A stretch of DNA of 63,720 nucleotides, the filler included, from Sphacelaria rigidula (Eukaryota): NCBI GenBank assembly GCA_964200075.2. It is 7 parts of 7 records of this genome, joined end to end, with 100 filler letters (N's around TTAATTAATTAA, not from the genome) between each part and the next. Parts side by side here need not be neighbours in the genome. Positions count along the whole stretch, not along the records: positions 27,354 to 36,370 come from CAXNAA020009503.1; positions 36,471 to 45,487 come from CAXNAA020009504.1; positions 45,588 to 54,604 come from CAXNAA020009505.1; 4 more parts are not named here. One strand, given 5' to 3'. Shown here piece after piece: positions 34,901-47,747 of this stretch. How positions within the stretch are numbered: the first letter of the stretch is position 1; every line of letters starts with the position of its first letter. A program made the position numbers and the translations under genes. Below the pieces are notes generated by a model. The model was not told the origin of the DNA. It searched no databases and saw nothing but the letters and a program-made list of their open reading frames with translations.

Positions 34901-35979
34901 TGGGTGTCAAGGAATCGCCGTTTCACACTTGCGACCATGAGATAGCTCGTACGCTTCACTAACAGAAGGATCCGATTTCAAATCCCGGATCCCACCAAGC
35001 TGATTGGAGGAACAAAAAAATGGCGGATACTCCCTGAAGCAGAGTTCAAAACGCACGGAAAATCTCTTGCGGCGGTCGTTGGTTGCATGAAGCAACACAC
35101 GTGAAAAACATGTGAATCAAAAGGGCAGAATATCAACCACTAGCCGGCGTAAAAGGTTCCTCCTACAAAACCTCGAAGAGGTTCATGAAAGGGAGCGTGA
35201 TGCGGGTACCACCACATAAAACGGTCACATTCCCACTAGTGTCTGGTCAAGGAATCATATTTTCACATATATATGTACACCATACGGCGGTAGCCTTCAG
35301 GCACCGTGTAGCACCCCGTGAGTGTTTCGGTGCCCGAACAAGTCTTCAATCGCGGAGGTGCTATTCAGGGGGTGGTATGCAACGTCCCCGAGTACAGTGC
35401 CAAAGATAGCGATAAGGTCCCTAAATGAGCCGAAAACGAGTCACTCGGTAGTGTCTTTTTTTATTCAGGAAAGTGGTATTTTTTAGCGTACGAATGCCAT
35501 GCTGCGTCATACTGTATGAGGTGCCGCTCCGCGCCCCGGCGTACTAACTGGAACGCTAATAGTAGCCAATTACTCCAGTAGATGGAGGGTTCGAATGTGA
35601 ACAGATACCAAGATCATTATTTTTACTAGGATCTGGTTTGAGTCGTTGAAAGCGCGAGGAGCACGCCAATGAGGGGGGGGGGGGGGGGGGGGCTGGTGTT
35701 ATTTGACGACAATCGACGGGTGCGGTAGTTCTGATCTAATCCTCGGTGACCAAGTGTCAGGCTGGCTGGTGCATGGAAGTATAGCAGGGGAGATGCGGGT
35801 TTATCCCCTGAGAAACTACGGGCCCCTCCCGAAAAAGACGAAAGGTGAGAAATATTACGAGAATGGATGGATGGATGGATGGATGGATGGATGAGGGAAT
35901 AAGCAAATGAATGCAATACGTGAACATGAAGCAAACGCAGAACTACACGTGATAAATATAAAACAAATACTGTACACAG

Positions 35980-36047
<68 letters not shown>
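35980..36047. repeat. (TTA)n microsatellite
   Basis: About 22 perfect TTA units. Confidence 0.95.
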
Positions 36048-36049
<2 letters not shown>

Positions 36050-36370
36050 GTATCATAAATAAATGAACAAGTGGTGAGCCATGGCTAACGCACGTGGTAG
36101 TAGTGCCGCAAGTATCAAGTATCCCGCGGCCGGCCTGCGGTTCGTTGAGGTTCTGAACAAGAAAGCGAAAAACAAACCAGTGATCCTGGTACTAACCATA
36201 ACTTATCGATGTAAGATATAAAATTCCAATCTCCCGGCTGACCGTAACCACCACGAAAGAAGGAAGGAGGCCTCACCGTTAGGAATTCTATAATGGGCGG
36301 GAGGGGGGCGTTCTCATGTGTTGCTTGCCTTAGTCGTTTGACCATTGACCACGCATCCCTTTCGAGACGG

Positions 36371-36470
36371 NNNNNNNNNNNNNNNNNNNNNNNNNNNNNN
36401 NNNNNNNNNNNNNNTTAATTAATTAANNNNNNNNNNNNNNNNNNNNNNNNNNNNNNNNNNNNNNNNNNNN
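36371..36470. other. Artificial contig linker
   Basis: N44-TTAATTAATTAA-N44. Confidence 0.97.
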
Positions 36471-36713
36471 TCTTGGTCTGGGTGTTCGGTAGGGTGGGTG
36501 GGGGGGGAGGTACAGTATTTGGGGCCGTTTTCTTTCACGAAAATCTACTCGCAATCGTCGTTGATAGCAGCAACGGTAGTTCGAACGCGCTTGCTTCGGA
36601 CCTGCAGCGCTCATTCATACTGTTTGGCATCGCTTTTACCCAAATACAAGCGCACCGCGAGTGTGTTAGGTCATCTGAAGCACCTGTGAGCCCATTTTTT
36701 CGTGGAACCGAAT

Positions 36714-36751
<38 letters not shown>

Positions 36752-37843
36752 ACTCCTTTTTTCCCTTCCCCCCCCCCCCCCCCTCCCTCTCCCCCCNNNN
36801 NNNNNNGGGTTTGGGGCACCGCAGCCCCCCGGGGGCCCCTTTTTTTTGGGAAACGGCCCCCCCCCCCCCCCCCCCTATCGCAGCATGACTCTCAGATATT
36901 TTCTGGCTGCACCGCCCACTACGGCTGTTTGCCGCACGGCGGCAAAGCACGGCAAGGGGTGGTGGTCACGAAAATACTTACCAGTACATGTATCCCTTCG
37001 GAAGGCACAGTTCGTCGAGCCGCACGCAACGCAGATGCTGATACTAAAGCATAGTTTTAGCACCACTTAATTTTTGCTTTTTTGCATGGCTGCGCGAGTT
37101 TTTCCTGTTCGAATGTCGTTTTACGAAACAAAATATATATGCGACGCGTTCGGCAGCATTGATGCTCTCCAGTCCGCCACGTAGTTATTTTTGGGTTTGT
37201 TGAGCGACATGTTTTTGCCAGTAGAGGCCGCGAGCAAATTAAGTGGAACGGGAAAAATAGTGATGATAGGGATACTCTAGTGATAACAGAGCTCTAATAG
37301 CAGTGACAATGTTACAAGGGTCGGACAACTAATTATTCGTCTGGGAATAACTTGGTTTTAGTGTAATTGATTCGACTCGTACGAATCAATCCCTAGGCTT
37401 TGTTTTCAGCGTTGCAGCCCAGGTACACGCAACCCAGACACGTGGAATGGCGCAAAAGTTGCGTGGATCCCCCTTGGACCAGCGGTCAACTTGTTTCTCC
37501 TTTTTGAGCAATCAGGCCGAAGAAATCGTGGAGTTGGTGATTCGTAGTCGTGATGATTCGTCGTAATCGTGCAATGTTAGTAATAATACAGTGGTGACAG
37601 TGACGCTGATGGTGACAGGATTAGCAGCATTATTAGCAGTAACAACGATGATGGTTTGTTTTTACTCTAGCAGTACTCAATGAATAGGAATAATAGGAGA
37701 TTTCGTTTTTTGTGATACCATCAATCAACAACAATGTGTTTCAAGTATTTGCTCTTGCCTCACGTTCAAGTAAGGATCTTGCTAGAATCAGCACCGGGCG
37801 AACAAAAACGAATAAATGCCTGCGTGATTTTACGTGTTTTCAG

Positions 37844-38241
37844 GACCATCAGAAGGCCTTGGCGATGGCGTATCTAAAGTACAGCTTGCTCGATCCGGTC
37901 GCCGGAAAGCCCTCCTTCGGTCTGGAAGAGTGGAAAGTGAGAGCCAGGTTCGCGGGAAAACAAATATTTTGACAGTGAAATCGAAATCGCCATCATCGCG
38001 AATGCTATTATCTCGCGAGGTAGCGATGTTGATGCGGTAGATTCCGGTACGAGAGAATTAAAAAAAGAAAAAGGAGCGACTGTCTCTCGATGCGGTAGAT
38101 TCCGGTACGAGAGAATTAAAAAAAAGAAAAAGGAGCGACTGTCTCTCGCGGGTACCGGAAATCGTTCGTGTTGGTGGAGAATGACGACCGTGAAATTCCT
38201 GATTCCATCTCCCGCCTTCAAACCCTTCGAACCGACCGCCC

Positions 38242-38279
<38 letters not shown>

Positions 38280-41200
38280 ATCTCTTGAACTGGCGTCACT
38301 TTCACTTTAATAATGATGGATCAGACTCGTATGCCCTAACTATGGAGAGTATTCCCCGCCGTGCTTCCGTACTTCAAATGTTTCCACGGAAACTGGTCGG
38401 GGCGGAAGCTAGGTTGAGGTTCGGAACCCCCGTTAGGCATGGGTCCAAGATTTTTCTTCCCTGAGGAGTACCTGACACCCGTCATTTCCAAACACGTGGG
38501 TACGTGAGTAGCGAAGAACGTTGGTTTGGCGAGGGTCTACGCTGCGTGGAAGTGGTGATACAATCCTCGAAAACAAAAATGTACATGAAAAGGCGTGTAC
38601 TGAAGGAGGGATGGGTTGATCGTTTTAGACGACGGGCCCATCTCGGTGAAGGGGGCAACTTTATCGAAGTACAGTATAGGACGTGATGAAAAAAAGATTG
38701 AGAGCAAAACTACACGGTCGACGACACGACAACCGTGAAATTCAAGTAGCTAGAACGGTTAAAACGTGGCTGATTTTTCCTGCACGTGTGCGAAATGATC
38801 GTGGGTTTTGATGACTCTGGGCCGGCTTTCAGCCATCTCCGGTAGACCGAGGACTTGTAGTGCGGCAGTAAGCCTGTCCTGAACGACCCCCGCTCTTTTC
38901 CCTCGATTCCTTCACTTATTCCTCCCTTACTTTTGTATTTTCAATTTATTTTTGGGATAAAACGAAATAGGCTCATTCACTCACTTAATCATCGTACGGG
39001 CGAAGACTGATTGGCATCACGAACCGATGTGTACGATATATTCAGGAGCGGGCCGGGACACGTTGCATTAATGGGAACAGGTAATAAATAAATAAAAACA
39101 TTGTAAAAACAAACTAGAAGACTCATCGTACTCTTTGTCTTGTTTTTTCCCCCAATACTGTGATGGCGATGACGCATCATTAAAATAAACCATAATTTAT
39201 TTATTTTTTGCATAGGTGTTCCTCAGCGACACGCGTCTTATAGGAGACAACGGATACGTACTGAAAGTGGGCCTACGAGAATCTAAAATGCCATTCTACC
39301 GCGCTCGCATGATGGTCAGTGACGAGATAAAGAACCGCACCAAAATGGTCCAGGTGAGTCAAATCTCTCGGATAAATGAAGCTCGTCCCAGGGTGGTATT
39401 TTACCCTTACGCCTGTCAGTACTTTTGTAGCGGGTGAATTTATGGCTGGCACCCAACGTGTGAGACTACGGCACGACTCAGTGTGTGTGTGTGAGGGGGG
39501 GAGGTCAATATCGGCAGAACGGAGTGCATATTACGGAATAATTCAAGGTAGGTTGTGTATACAAAAAAGCGTCGGTTTGCATCGTGTTGCATGCTTATAT
39601 TACGATAACGTTATCATCTGGCTTGGGGAGGTAAGTTGCGATCCGCTTTTCATTTTTTTTGCTCCCAAGAAGAAATCGCAGTATATAGATATATATGCTC
39701 ATCGTCTTGTGTGCACGGCGCAGCCTGAATTATATCGCAGTTTCTCCCACGTGTGGTTCTCTCCTCGCATATTACGTGCTCCGTGTTATCGCTGTGAAAC
39801 ACCACCAGCAGGCGTTTTGAAGGAAGCATCTTGCTTGGCTTTTGCTGATCCTCACATCGATCGCCTTGCCAATCGCCCCGGCTGTACTCGTTCCCTCCTC
39901 CGCCGTACGTCCCATTGACCTCCAGCTGACCTTCGTCGATTTTCTCGAGACGTTGGCGCGGCTGACGAACGTGGTACCCCTTCCACCGGAAGCGGACATG
40001 GAGAGACTCACAGTAAGATAGCGGCGGAAATATTGTGTCGTATAGTGCAGTAGTATTAACTGCGTGGGATGATGTCCTGTGCTATATCTCGAGCACGTAA
40101 GTCAAGTATGTAACAGCCGATCATCGAAATTGAGGATGGAGATTTTCATTGAGGATGAAAACCCGGAGGATTAAAACCCTCGTATCCACACAAAATCTTC
40201 GGAATATGGCTCCATTCCTGCACCTACTGGTAGCTATTGACAACTGCTACGCGCCATACAAATTTGGATTTCGATAACCGAAATGTTGGGGTTCTAGATC
40301 AGTAAAACATTGTGTGCAATTTAGGTGATCCGAACGGATCGCCGAATTTCCCAAAAAAAAGTTTTTCATCTAGACCCCCACCATTTCGGTTCTCGAGATC
40401 CAAGTTTGCATGACGTGTAGTACTCATCAATAACTACCAGTAGGTAAAGAAATAGAACCATACTTTGAATATTTGGTGTGGATATGAAGATTTGAATCCC
40501 CTGGCTTCTCATCCTCATTGGAAAGCTCCATCTCATCCTCAATAGAAAGCTCCATCCTCAATTTCGATGATCGGCTGTTATGTATGTGGTGTTGGCCACC
40601 ACTGCGGAGGTTGTTCGTCTTTCTGTCGTGCGAGGCATCTGTTTGGTTGTTGGCTTATTTGACATGTAGATTTGACTCGTCTCTCGCACCCACTTCGAGT
40701 TCACGTGCATGCGCTCGTAGGATCAAAACCCACCCGCGAAGTTATCGCAGCGTCTCCGATAGAGGCTGAAGAAGCGATAGTCAGACGTGTCCAGGCACGC
40801 GATGCTACTAAGCAAGCTACTATGTTGACGAGAAATGAACATTATCACACCACTCTCCGTTCAGATATCTTCCTGATCGAGCGAGAATCACCAACGAACC
40901 CCTAAACGTAGTATTGTATATTTATAGGTTTCACAGAGTATATCGGTTCGCCTATCAGATGCCGTTTGGGCCGGATTGTCCACGTGTTGACGATGTGCTG
41001 CGAGCCGCAGATTGCCCTTGTTCGCTTCTCCGATGTACAACACTGTGCACACCAAGCAAATGATCATGAAGATCCTTTCATTTCAGATGGGGGGCGATGT
41101 CTTAGCTCCGTGTAGTTTGGACTTCAGAGGTGGACTGTTCAGCCAGTGCACCCCGGAGAGACCATGGAAACTCTTACTTGCGGGAACAAGTATGCCATGT

Positions 41201-42412
41201 TTAATTTTTGGCATATCCAACGAAATTTGATGATGCACCTCAGAATCCGACTTCGGTTCTTGGCCATGGGAATTCGACAAATAGGATCAACTATCTTGAT
41301 TGATTTTGATTGATTGGTTACTTGATTGATTGTCGCACTTCAACTGTTCCCCCTAGAAGTCATGATCCAGTCGTGGTCATTGTCCACATGATAGACGTAC
41401 CCGACACAAAAAAACTGAAACATTCGCTAAAGAAAAATGAAGAATACATAGAGAAATGGTAGAACAGACAAATAAGGTAGATTAAGAAAATAAGAAGAAA
41501 AAAAAAGAGGATGAGGAACAAAGACAAGAGAAATAAAAATAAAAATAAATGAAAACTAGAAATGGCCGACCAACTCTGCCACATGGCTTCGGTGGAAAAG
41601 GTATTATTGCGTAGGAACCACGCTTATACCCAATCGTACGAAACAGTATGTCGATCGGCGAAATCAAAGTGCTCAACTATTCTTCGGTAGTGGGTCGGAT
41701 TGCAAAACCATCAGACACACAAACATACATATGTATTTGCCCACGAATGGGGACTTCAGCACCTACCTGGTTTTGGAGGTGCCGTGACTGAACAGTCCAT
41801 CGTTCAGATCAAAACTACATAAAACACCAGAAATTAGTTCTCAGTTTGAGAAAAAATGCGATCCCCAATCTGACCTAAAAATGGACAAGCTGATATAGTC
41901 AAGAAATGCTTATCAATATCGATTCCGATGCTCAAACGGCTTCAACTACAGCATGCGAAAAACAAGCAAGTTCTTGTGCTGCTCACCTTGCTGCTCTGCT
42001 AGGTCACGGACGTTTTGGACTACGAAATGGCCAAAAACAACAACGGCGAAACCCTGCAACTCCACCAGGACGGCATGAAAGCAGCGACGAGCGGGGCGTT
42101 TGCACCGCGACTAGACCAGCTCATAAGGTGATGAGCGAAGGGTTGTAATGGCACCCGACTACGATTATTATCCCTTGTTATAACGAGGCGGCGGAGAGAT
42201 GTTGCGTTGACACTCTTGAGTATGATGGATGTGTCGAGGAACGGAAAAGAGTACAATGGGGCAGGTTTTACCGCAGGCTCGTTTGGATTTCTTTTACGCC
42301 AGACAAGGTGGAGAAGACGCTCTCACGGTTGGGAGTGTCGAGAAAGTACTGTAGTGTGAAACAACACAAAAGAGTAGCCAAACTTCCGAGGGAGGGCAAG
42401 CTGTGCATATAA
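37844..42412 (+). CDS. Uncharacterised conserved-looking protein, 3' part (exons 37844-37936, 39216-39353, 39926-40012, 42003-42127, 42277-42412); degenerate EF-hand-like, possibly flagellum-associated
   Basis: GT-AG exons join in phase: DHQKALAMAYLKYS...FGLEEWK|VFLSDTRLIG...FYRARMMVSDEIKNRTKMVQ|LTFVDFLETLARLTNVVPLP...|VTDVLDYE...RLDQLIR|LVWISF...*. The F..(S/A).M.V.DE...L.F.DFLE.L.R pattern recalls EF-hand-like proteins of flagellated protists. The functional call is inference, and the last exon is less certain. Confidence 0.75.
38031..38148. repeat. Tandem duplication, 2 x ~58 bp, intronic
   Basis: gatgcggtagattccggtacgagagaattaaaaaaagaaaaaggagcgactgtctctc occurs twice. Confidence 0.9.
40113..40578. 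mobile_element. 466-bp foldback MITE with TATGTA direct flanks
   Basis: TIR ACAGCCGATCATCGAAATTGAGGATGGAG. The element is palindromic to its centre (gatccgaacggatc) and flanked by TATGTA on both sides. Confidence 0.9.
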
Positions 42413-43956
42413 GGTGGAGTGCCCCCCGCCACCTCCGCCATACCCCTTGTTCCCCCCCTCCCCATCACCCATACCTCACCACCCCCCCCCCCCCGAGGAT
42501 TCCCGCGACGGCAACTGAGAAATATAAAATTCATTTTATTCAGGTTTTTAATGGAATGCTGATATATGTTGACTTTCACAGCAAAAACGGCTAAACGACG
42601 AGCGGTGGAGTGATGCATACCAAAATCAAAATACCTCTCTTTTTTTTGGTGATTAGGAGACGTCGCAGCTGTTCCCTCGCGGTTTTTTGTTGATGCGCCC
42701 AAAATGGAAAGGTTTTGAACGAATCGCCCTACTTGTGGGTTCTGCGGGGTGTATGGGGCAAAAAGTGTGCTGTTCCTTTTTAGCATAAGTATTGAATGTG
42801 AGATGCCGTCCACCGCAGTGACGAATGCTCCCTAAGAAAGAAACGTACCTTTTCTATGGTGCCCGGCAGGACCTTTTTTTTTTCCCGACCGACCCTTTTT
42901 AGACCACACGTAGAGAGGGTAGCTTCGAATCTCAACCATGATTGTTTTCCAAGAGTTGAGCATGCGTTGTATAGATTAGTTACTGTCGCCGCGTCCGACG
43001 GTCCAAGTGACTCATCAAGACTTGGTTGTACGCTTGGGAGGATTTTACTGTGTGGTGAGTGTTTGAATGCCGTCGAGGGTGGTGTACGGGTGACGTCGTT
43101 CTTTCTGCTTTCCGCCGGATGAAAACGTGTGTAAAAGGACAGCTGGCGAATTAAAATGGCAGCATTGCCATGAAACTCGAAAGACTGCGGAAGTCTTGAT
43201 CAAAACTTCGATCCCCAAGTGTAGCGTACGTACGTGGGGGAAAGGAAAAGCGGGTTGATCTCTGAAGAATTCGGGTTTATCGCGAGGACGGGAGGGAGGA
43301 AGGGGGAGGTGGTGTACTCCTGTCTTGCATGCCGTAGTTGTAAGGTCGTTGACCTCGCAACCCTACAAAGCTGAGACGGAGCACATCGGGTTTTCGCCGG
43401 ACTAGACGCGCACTCAATCACCAAGCGCGAAGCGCCGTGATATGTTCGGCGAGTCGCATGAGGTGTGAGCTGCATCCTGCTGAGACTGTTCGACCCGAAG
43501 CGTACTGATTATCTTGCATTTGGATGACAGCCTCGAAGGCGCTGCTCCATTTTCTGGTATCGCCACTTCTAGAAACAGCCGCAGGTTACACACTGCCTCA
43601 TGGGTGCCTAACCATTTAAAGACTACGTAGGACGATCATCTCCTTCGCGCCGAGTTCAGGATCTCCCATCTTAGTTATGTGTGCCCGAGGTTACTGACCC
43701 CGAGGCCAGTTCCTTCATAAACCATGACAATTCTCACGGTATTTTGGTTTTTCTGCTTCCTTCGCGGTACCAGGGACCGGATGATAGCGCAACCGCGCGG
43801 GTCATGGGTTGAAGCTGAAGTACGTTGTTTGCCAGGCTAGGCTATTCCCCCATTGCTTTTTTGTTTTGTTTTGTCTTACCCCCTTTTTGTGGTGTGGGAG
43901 ATTGTGGTGAAACGTGACTCTTCGAAGCTCTTTGAGCTTCTGCATACTCACGCTTC

Positions 43957-44309
43957 AGAGTGGGCTATTGTCATGGTATTTGAAGGGACTGGCCTCGGGG
44001 TCAGTAAACCTCAGGCACACATGACTCGGAGTAAAGCAACATTTGCATATGAATCTTTGATTGGGCCGTTGAGGGACCGCAGTTGTTGAAAGATCCTAAT
44101 CGATGTTCCGAATTGTTGACAGCGGTCGATACTAGAGTGGGCTATTGTCATGGTATTTGAAGGGACTGGCCTCGGGGTCAGTAAACCTCAGGCACACATG
44201 ACTCGGAGTAAAGCAACATTTGGATATGAATCTTTGATTGGGCCGTTGAGGGACCGCAGTTGTTGAAAGATCCTAATCGATGTTCCGAATTGTTGACAGC
44301 GGTCGATAC
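43957..44309. repeat. Near-perfect tandem duplication, 2 x 177 bp, with an inverted partial copy at 43672-43740
   Basis: agagtgggctattgtcatgg starts at 43957 and 44134, with only about one substitution between units. 43672-43740 is the reverse complement of the first ~70 bp. Confidence 0.9.
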
Positions 44310-45296
44310 GAGATACAAGTTGCATGGTTGAATTGTCTTGTCGGCTGCGCATTTGAAAGTTCATGTGCACAACAAAGAGTATTGCTGGAATGTTCCTTGG
44401 ACTGAGGATTTTCGGCCCTTCGTTCTTGTATCATGACTGGGTATGGATATGATTCTGGGCGTAAGGTAGTTTGTATCGGTACCCCTAGTCCCTCCCATGA
44501 TCACCCTCTTGGGATACCGGACACCATCAGTTTTGGCCGCTGTTGCTCTGAGTTCCAAGTGAGTCCTTACCAGTGAGCCTTATAGCTGCGGGGAACTATT
44601 GGCTCTGGTTTGCACTGTAAAATAAAAGGGCATTATCATTTCTGTGAACACCTGGACTGATCTACTTATTGTGGTTTGGATTTGGGCTGATTTGTTGCTG
44701 CATAGCTGTGCCTGCAACCGGGCACATACGGCTCGAGCCTCTGTTCGTGAGAACATACAGGACAAAAGTGTAGTGTGGCTGCCTTCTCGGAGGCGACTAA
44801 GCCTACTTACATAAAACCTTTCACAAATATGATCTAACTCGACCACCATCATGGTTACAGTAGAAAAACGGAAGCGAGAGAAAAAAAAAAGGTAAATTGG
44901 TTACCTAGCTTACGCATGAGTGGCGTGTTTTACAGCGTCATTGCCAACCGACCCCAATTCTCAAAGGGAAAGGAGGTGCTTGGGTGAGTGACAGCAGCCA
45001 ATTTATGTCACTAAGGGGCGTTACTAGGGGAATAATTTTTCCAGCCAAATCTCCGACTTTTTCGACGAAACAAAATCTTGCTCTCCGGAAAAATTCAAGA
45101 GAAGATTTCTTCATCAGTTCAAGCAATAAATAAATCAAAGACTGACGCCGGATGTTATGGCACACAGATTTTTGGCCCACGGATTGTTCACTTTTGTGGC
45201 GTTTGAGCCACTTTTTGACCCCTAAACAGGGAAAATCCCCAACACACGTATTGGACACTTTGCATCACCCCACAGAGAGGAGCCTGCCCCACTTTT

Positions 45297-45477
45297 CAGA
45301 TTCGCTTGGCTCCAAGGTTTCGAGAGCGGCTGCTGAACAGAAATCCGTGTGCAACAAAATCTACAGCGACCTCCACAGATTATCGGGCAAACTGGCGGGG
45401 GTCGGCTAGCAGAGATTTTTGCACACACATTTTTGTTCAGCGGCCGATCTCGAAACCTCGGAGCCAAGCGAATCTGA
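45297..45477. repeat. Inverted repeat / foldback element at contig end
   Basis: tcagattcgcttggctcc.aggtttcgaga... pairs with ...tctcgaaacct.ggagccaagcgaatctga. Confidence 0.75.
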
Positions 45478-45487
45478 TTAGCAGACT

Positions 45488-45587
45488 NNNNNNNNNNNNN
45501 NNNNNNNNNNNNNNNNNNNNNNNNNNNNNNNTTAATTAATTAANNNNNNNNNNNNNNNNNNNNNNNNNNNNNNNNNNNNNNNNNNNN
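45488..45587. other. Artificial contig linker
   Basis: N44-TTAATTAATTAA-N44. Confidence 0.97.
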
Positions 45588-46860
45588 TGAGACCATTGAC
45601 CTCGCATCCCTACAGTGCCGGGACGGAGCACGCCGGGTTCTCACCGGACCAGGCTAACAAGGGGGGGGCTCCGTGTCCGAAAATCTTCACCCAACACACC
45701 CTTGACCTAGACGTACCATTCCAGTTAACCCCAGTTGCCCGCGGTTTGTAGGTTTTGTAGCTGATGCTTTCGGCCTGCGTCCCCCCCACAGCTTCGAGGG
45801 AAGGGGTTTAGATATAAAGTAGACACACGTTTTTTTCATTGGTATTTTCGCGATTCTCAACTTGTTCTCTACACCCGTGTTTGCCTGTACAGTATATCGC
45901 ACATTCATGCACACTCACAGAGGGCATGTCTTTCGAGTTCCCCCATTCATTGTAGCTCTGATCTACGTACTACACACCGTGCACAGGGTGGAATGCTTGG
46001 ACGATCAAGACAACAACAAGCTGTAATGGTTGGCGAGATGAGTCAATCTTTATTGCGAGAGTTTTTCGTGGTCTTCGATTTATTGTACAGTACCTGAGAA
46101 TTCAGTCAGACTCGAATTTAGCTCTGGTACTTGATCATCGATGTGTACCCACTATCCATGTATCAGGTATACCCATCTGTATCTGTATATGAGCTTTTGG
46201 TCCTCAAAATAAAAACCGAACAATCGACGTTGAGCACAAAACTTATGTCGCGAGAGAAAAAAACTGGGGGGAAAATGCCCCGATCAACGGAGATTTCGCT
46301 GGGTTTCGCCTTCACACGTCACGACTACAATCTGCACGCACGGACTGACTGTACTGCACCGTACCGTTCTGTACTGTAGTGTACTGACTGTGCACATTAT
46401 ACTGTATTCCACACTGAGGTTGTGTTGTCCCGTTCTACTTCGTTGTACTGCGCGACAGCACAGTACAGTACTCCTCACTAGTCTCCTCCGTGCAGTCTGC
46501 AACCTGTACGACAGGTGTACCTTGACATTATTATTATTATTATGTACTGCAGTGCCGTGCTACTCGTACCCTTCTTGCAGCAGTCGGCGTCAATACTGCA
46601 CCACAAAGCTTCACCGGCGCGACGAACGACTAGTAGAGATGAGAGTCAAGAGAGATTGTGACTTATTCATGTCTTGACCATACAGTAGTCAGATACACGG
46701 CTCTGGCGTTCCTTTCCCTCTCCATACCAAAAAGATACTCTGTACTCGTCCTGGCGCTCAAAAGGACTCTGACAGCCGTGACAGCTGTTACCACTTTACC
46801 ACAAGATTCAAAGACGACTTTGGTTGAGGTGAGGAATATGAAATGAGAGAGGCGTTGTCG

Positions 46861-46895
46861 TTCTAAATTTTGAATTCAAAAATTCAAAAATACAC
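46861..46895 (+). promoter_or_regulatory. Putative core-promoter TTTGAA/TTCAAA cluster upstream of RRM2
   Basis: aaattTTTGAATTCAAAaaTTCAAAa lies ~100 bp before a CA/CT-rich putative 5'-UTR exon ending aaag|gttggt (~47090). The UTR intron acceptor tgcag is at ~47736. Confidence 0.35.
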
Positions 46896-47747
46896 TTGTG
46901 CAGAAAATAACGGCCGTGGGCCCCCTAACTAGAATATACGATCGTCATATCATACTGCAAATTCGCATGGCAAGCCTCTCCCCCACCGCCAACACACACA
47001 GCCCACATCTCTCTCTCCCGCGATCAACAGCTACTTCGTACGCACACGCACACACATCTACTCTCTTCGTTCAAGAATTTTTGTAACAAAGGTTGGTGAA
47101 GGCTGAGCTTTATTTACTACCGTTCGTGTTTCGAGTTTGTTGCGCTGGTTATCACCGCGTGTAAGCACCCAGCTTGCCCATCAGAGCCGTTGACGGATAC
47201 TTGCAGCTTGAGACAACTGTGATGAGGTATCGATGACTGTGTGAGGCGGGCAACCGCAGTGACGCAGCACACTTTCCGACACCAACACGCGCTGCGATGC
47301 ATACTGTGTGGCACTTGTTACATCCCCACGCCCGTGCTACGGACGCGGGACGAGGGTGGATTGAGCATGTGTTGATGATAATGGCATATATTTCCGTGTC
47401 ATCGAAAGATGTATGGGGTCATGAGAATCATCGGAGCATTTACATTTTCAAATTTAGCATTCAAGAATCTCGAGACCTTGTTGATTGCAGGGGTTGATCC
47501 AACATGGTGTGGTGAAGTGAACTACTGCACACTCGAATCGCACGTGCTGAGCTCAACCCCGTGGTGGTCGCATTTTTTCTGCACGTGTGCCTCATCGAGT
47601 GGCCTCTGCCACGTGTTCCGGGATTCAAAATTTGTGTGGCGTTTGCCCATTTTCGATCGAACACAAGGTGACCCACAGCTAATTGACGCGGGTGCCACTC
47701 TTTTGTAATCCGACCGCGGCACCTCCTGTTATGCAGCTCCCACTACC

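Noticed and set aside
43890..43960. Hammerhead ribozyme near GAAAC and the gaagctc/gagcttc hairpin
   Set aside because: No correctly placed CUGANGA core on either strand.
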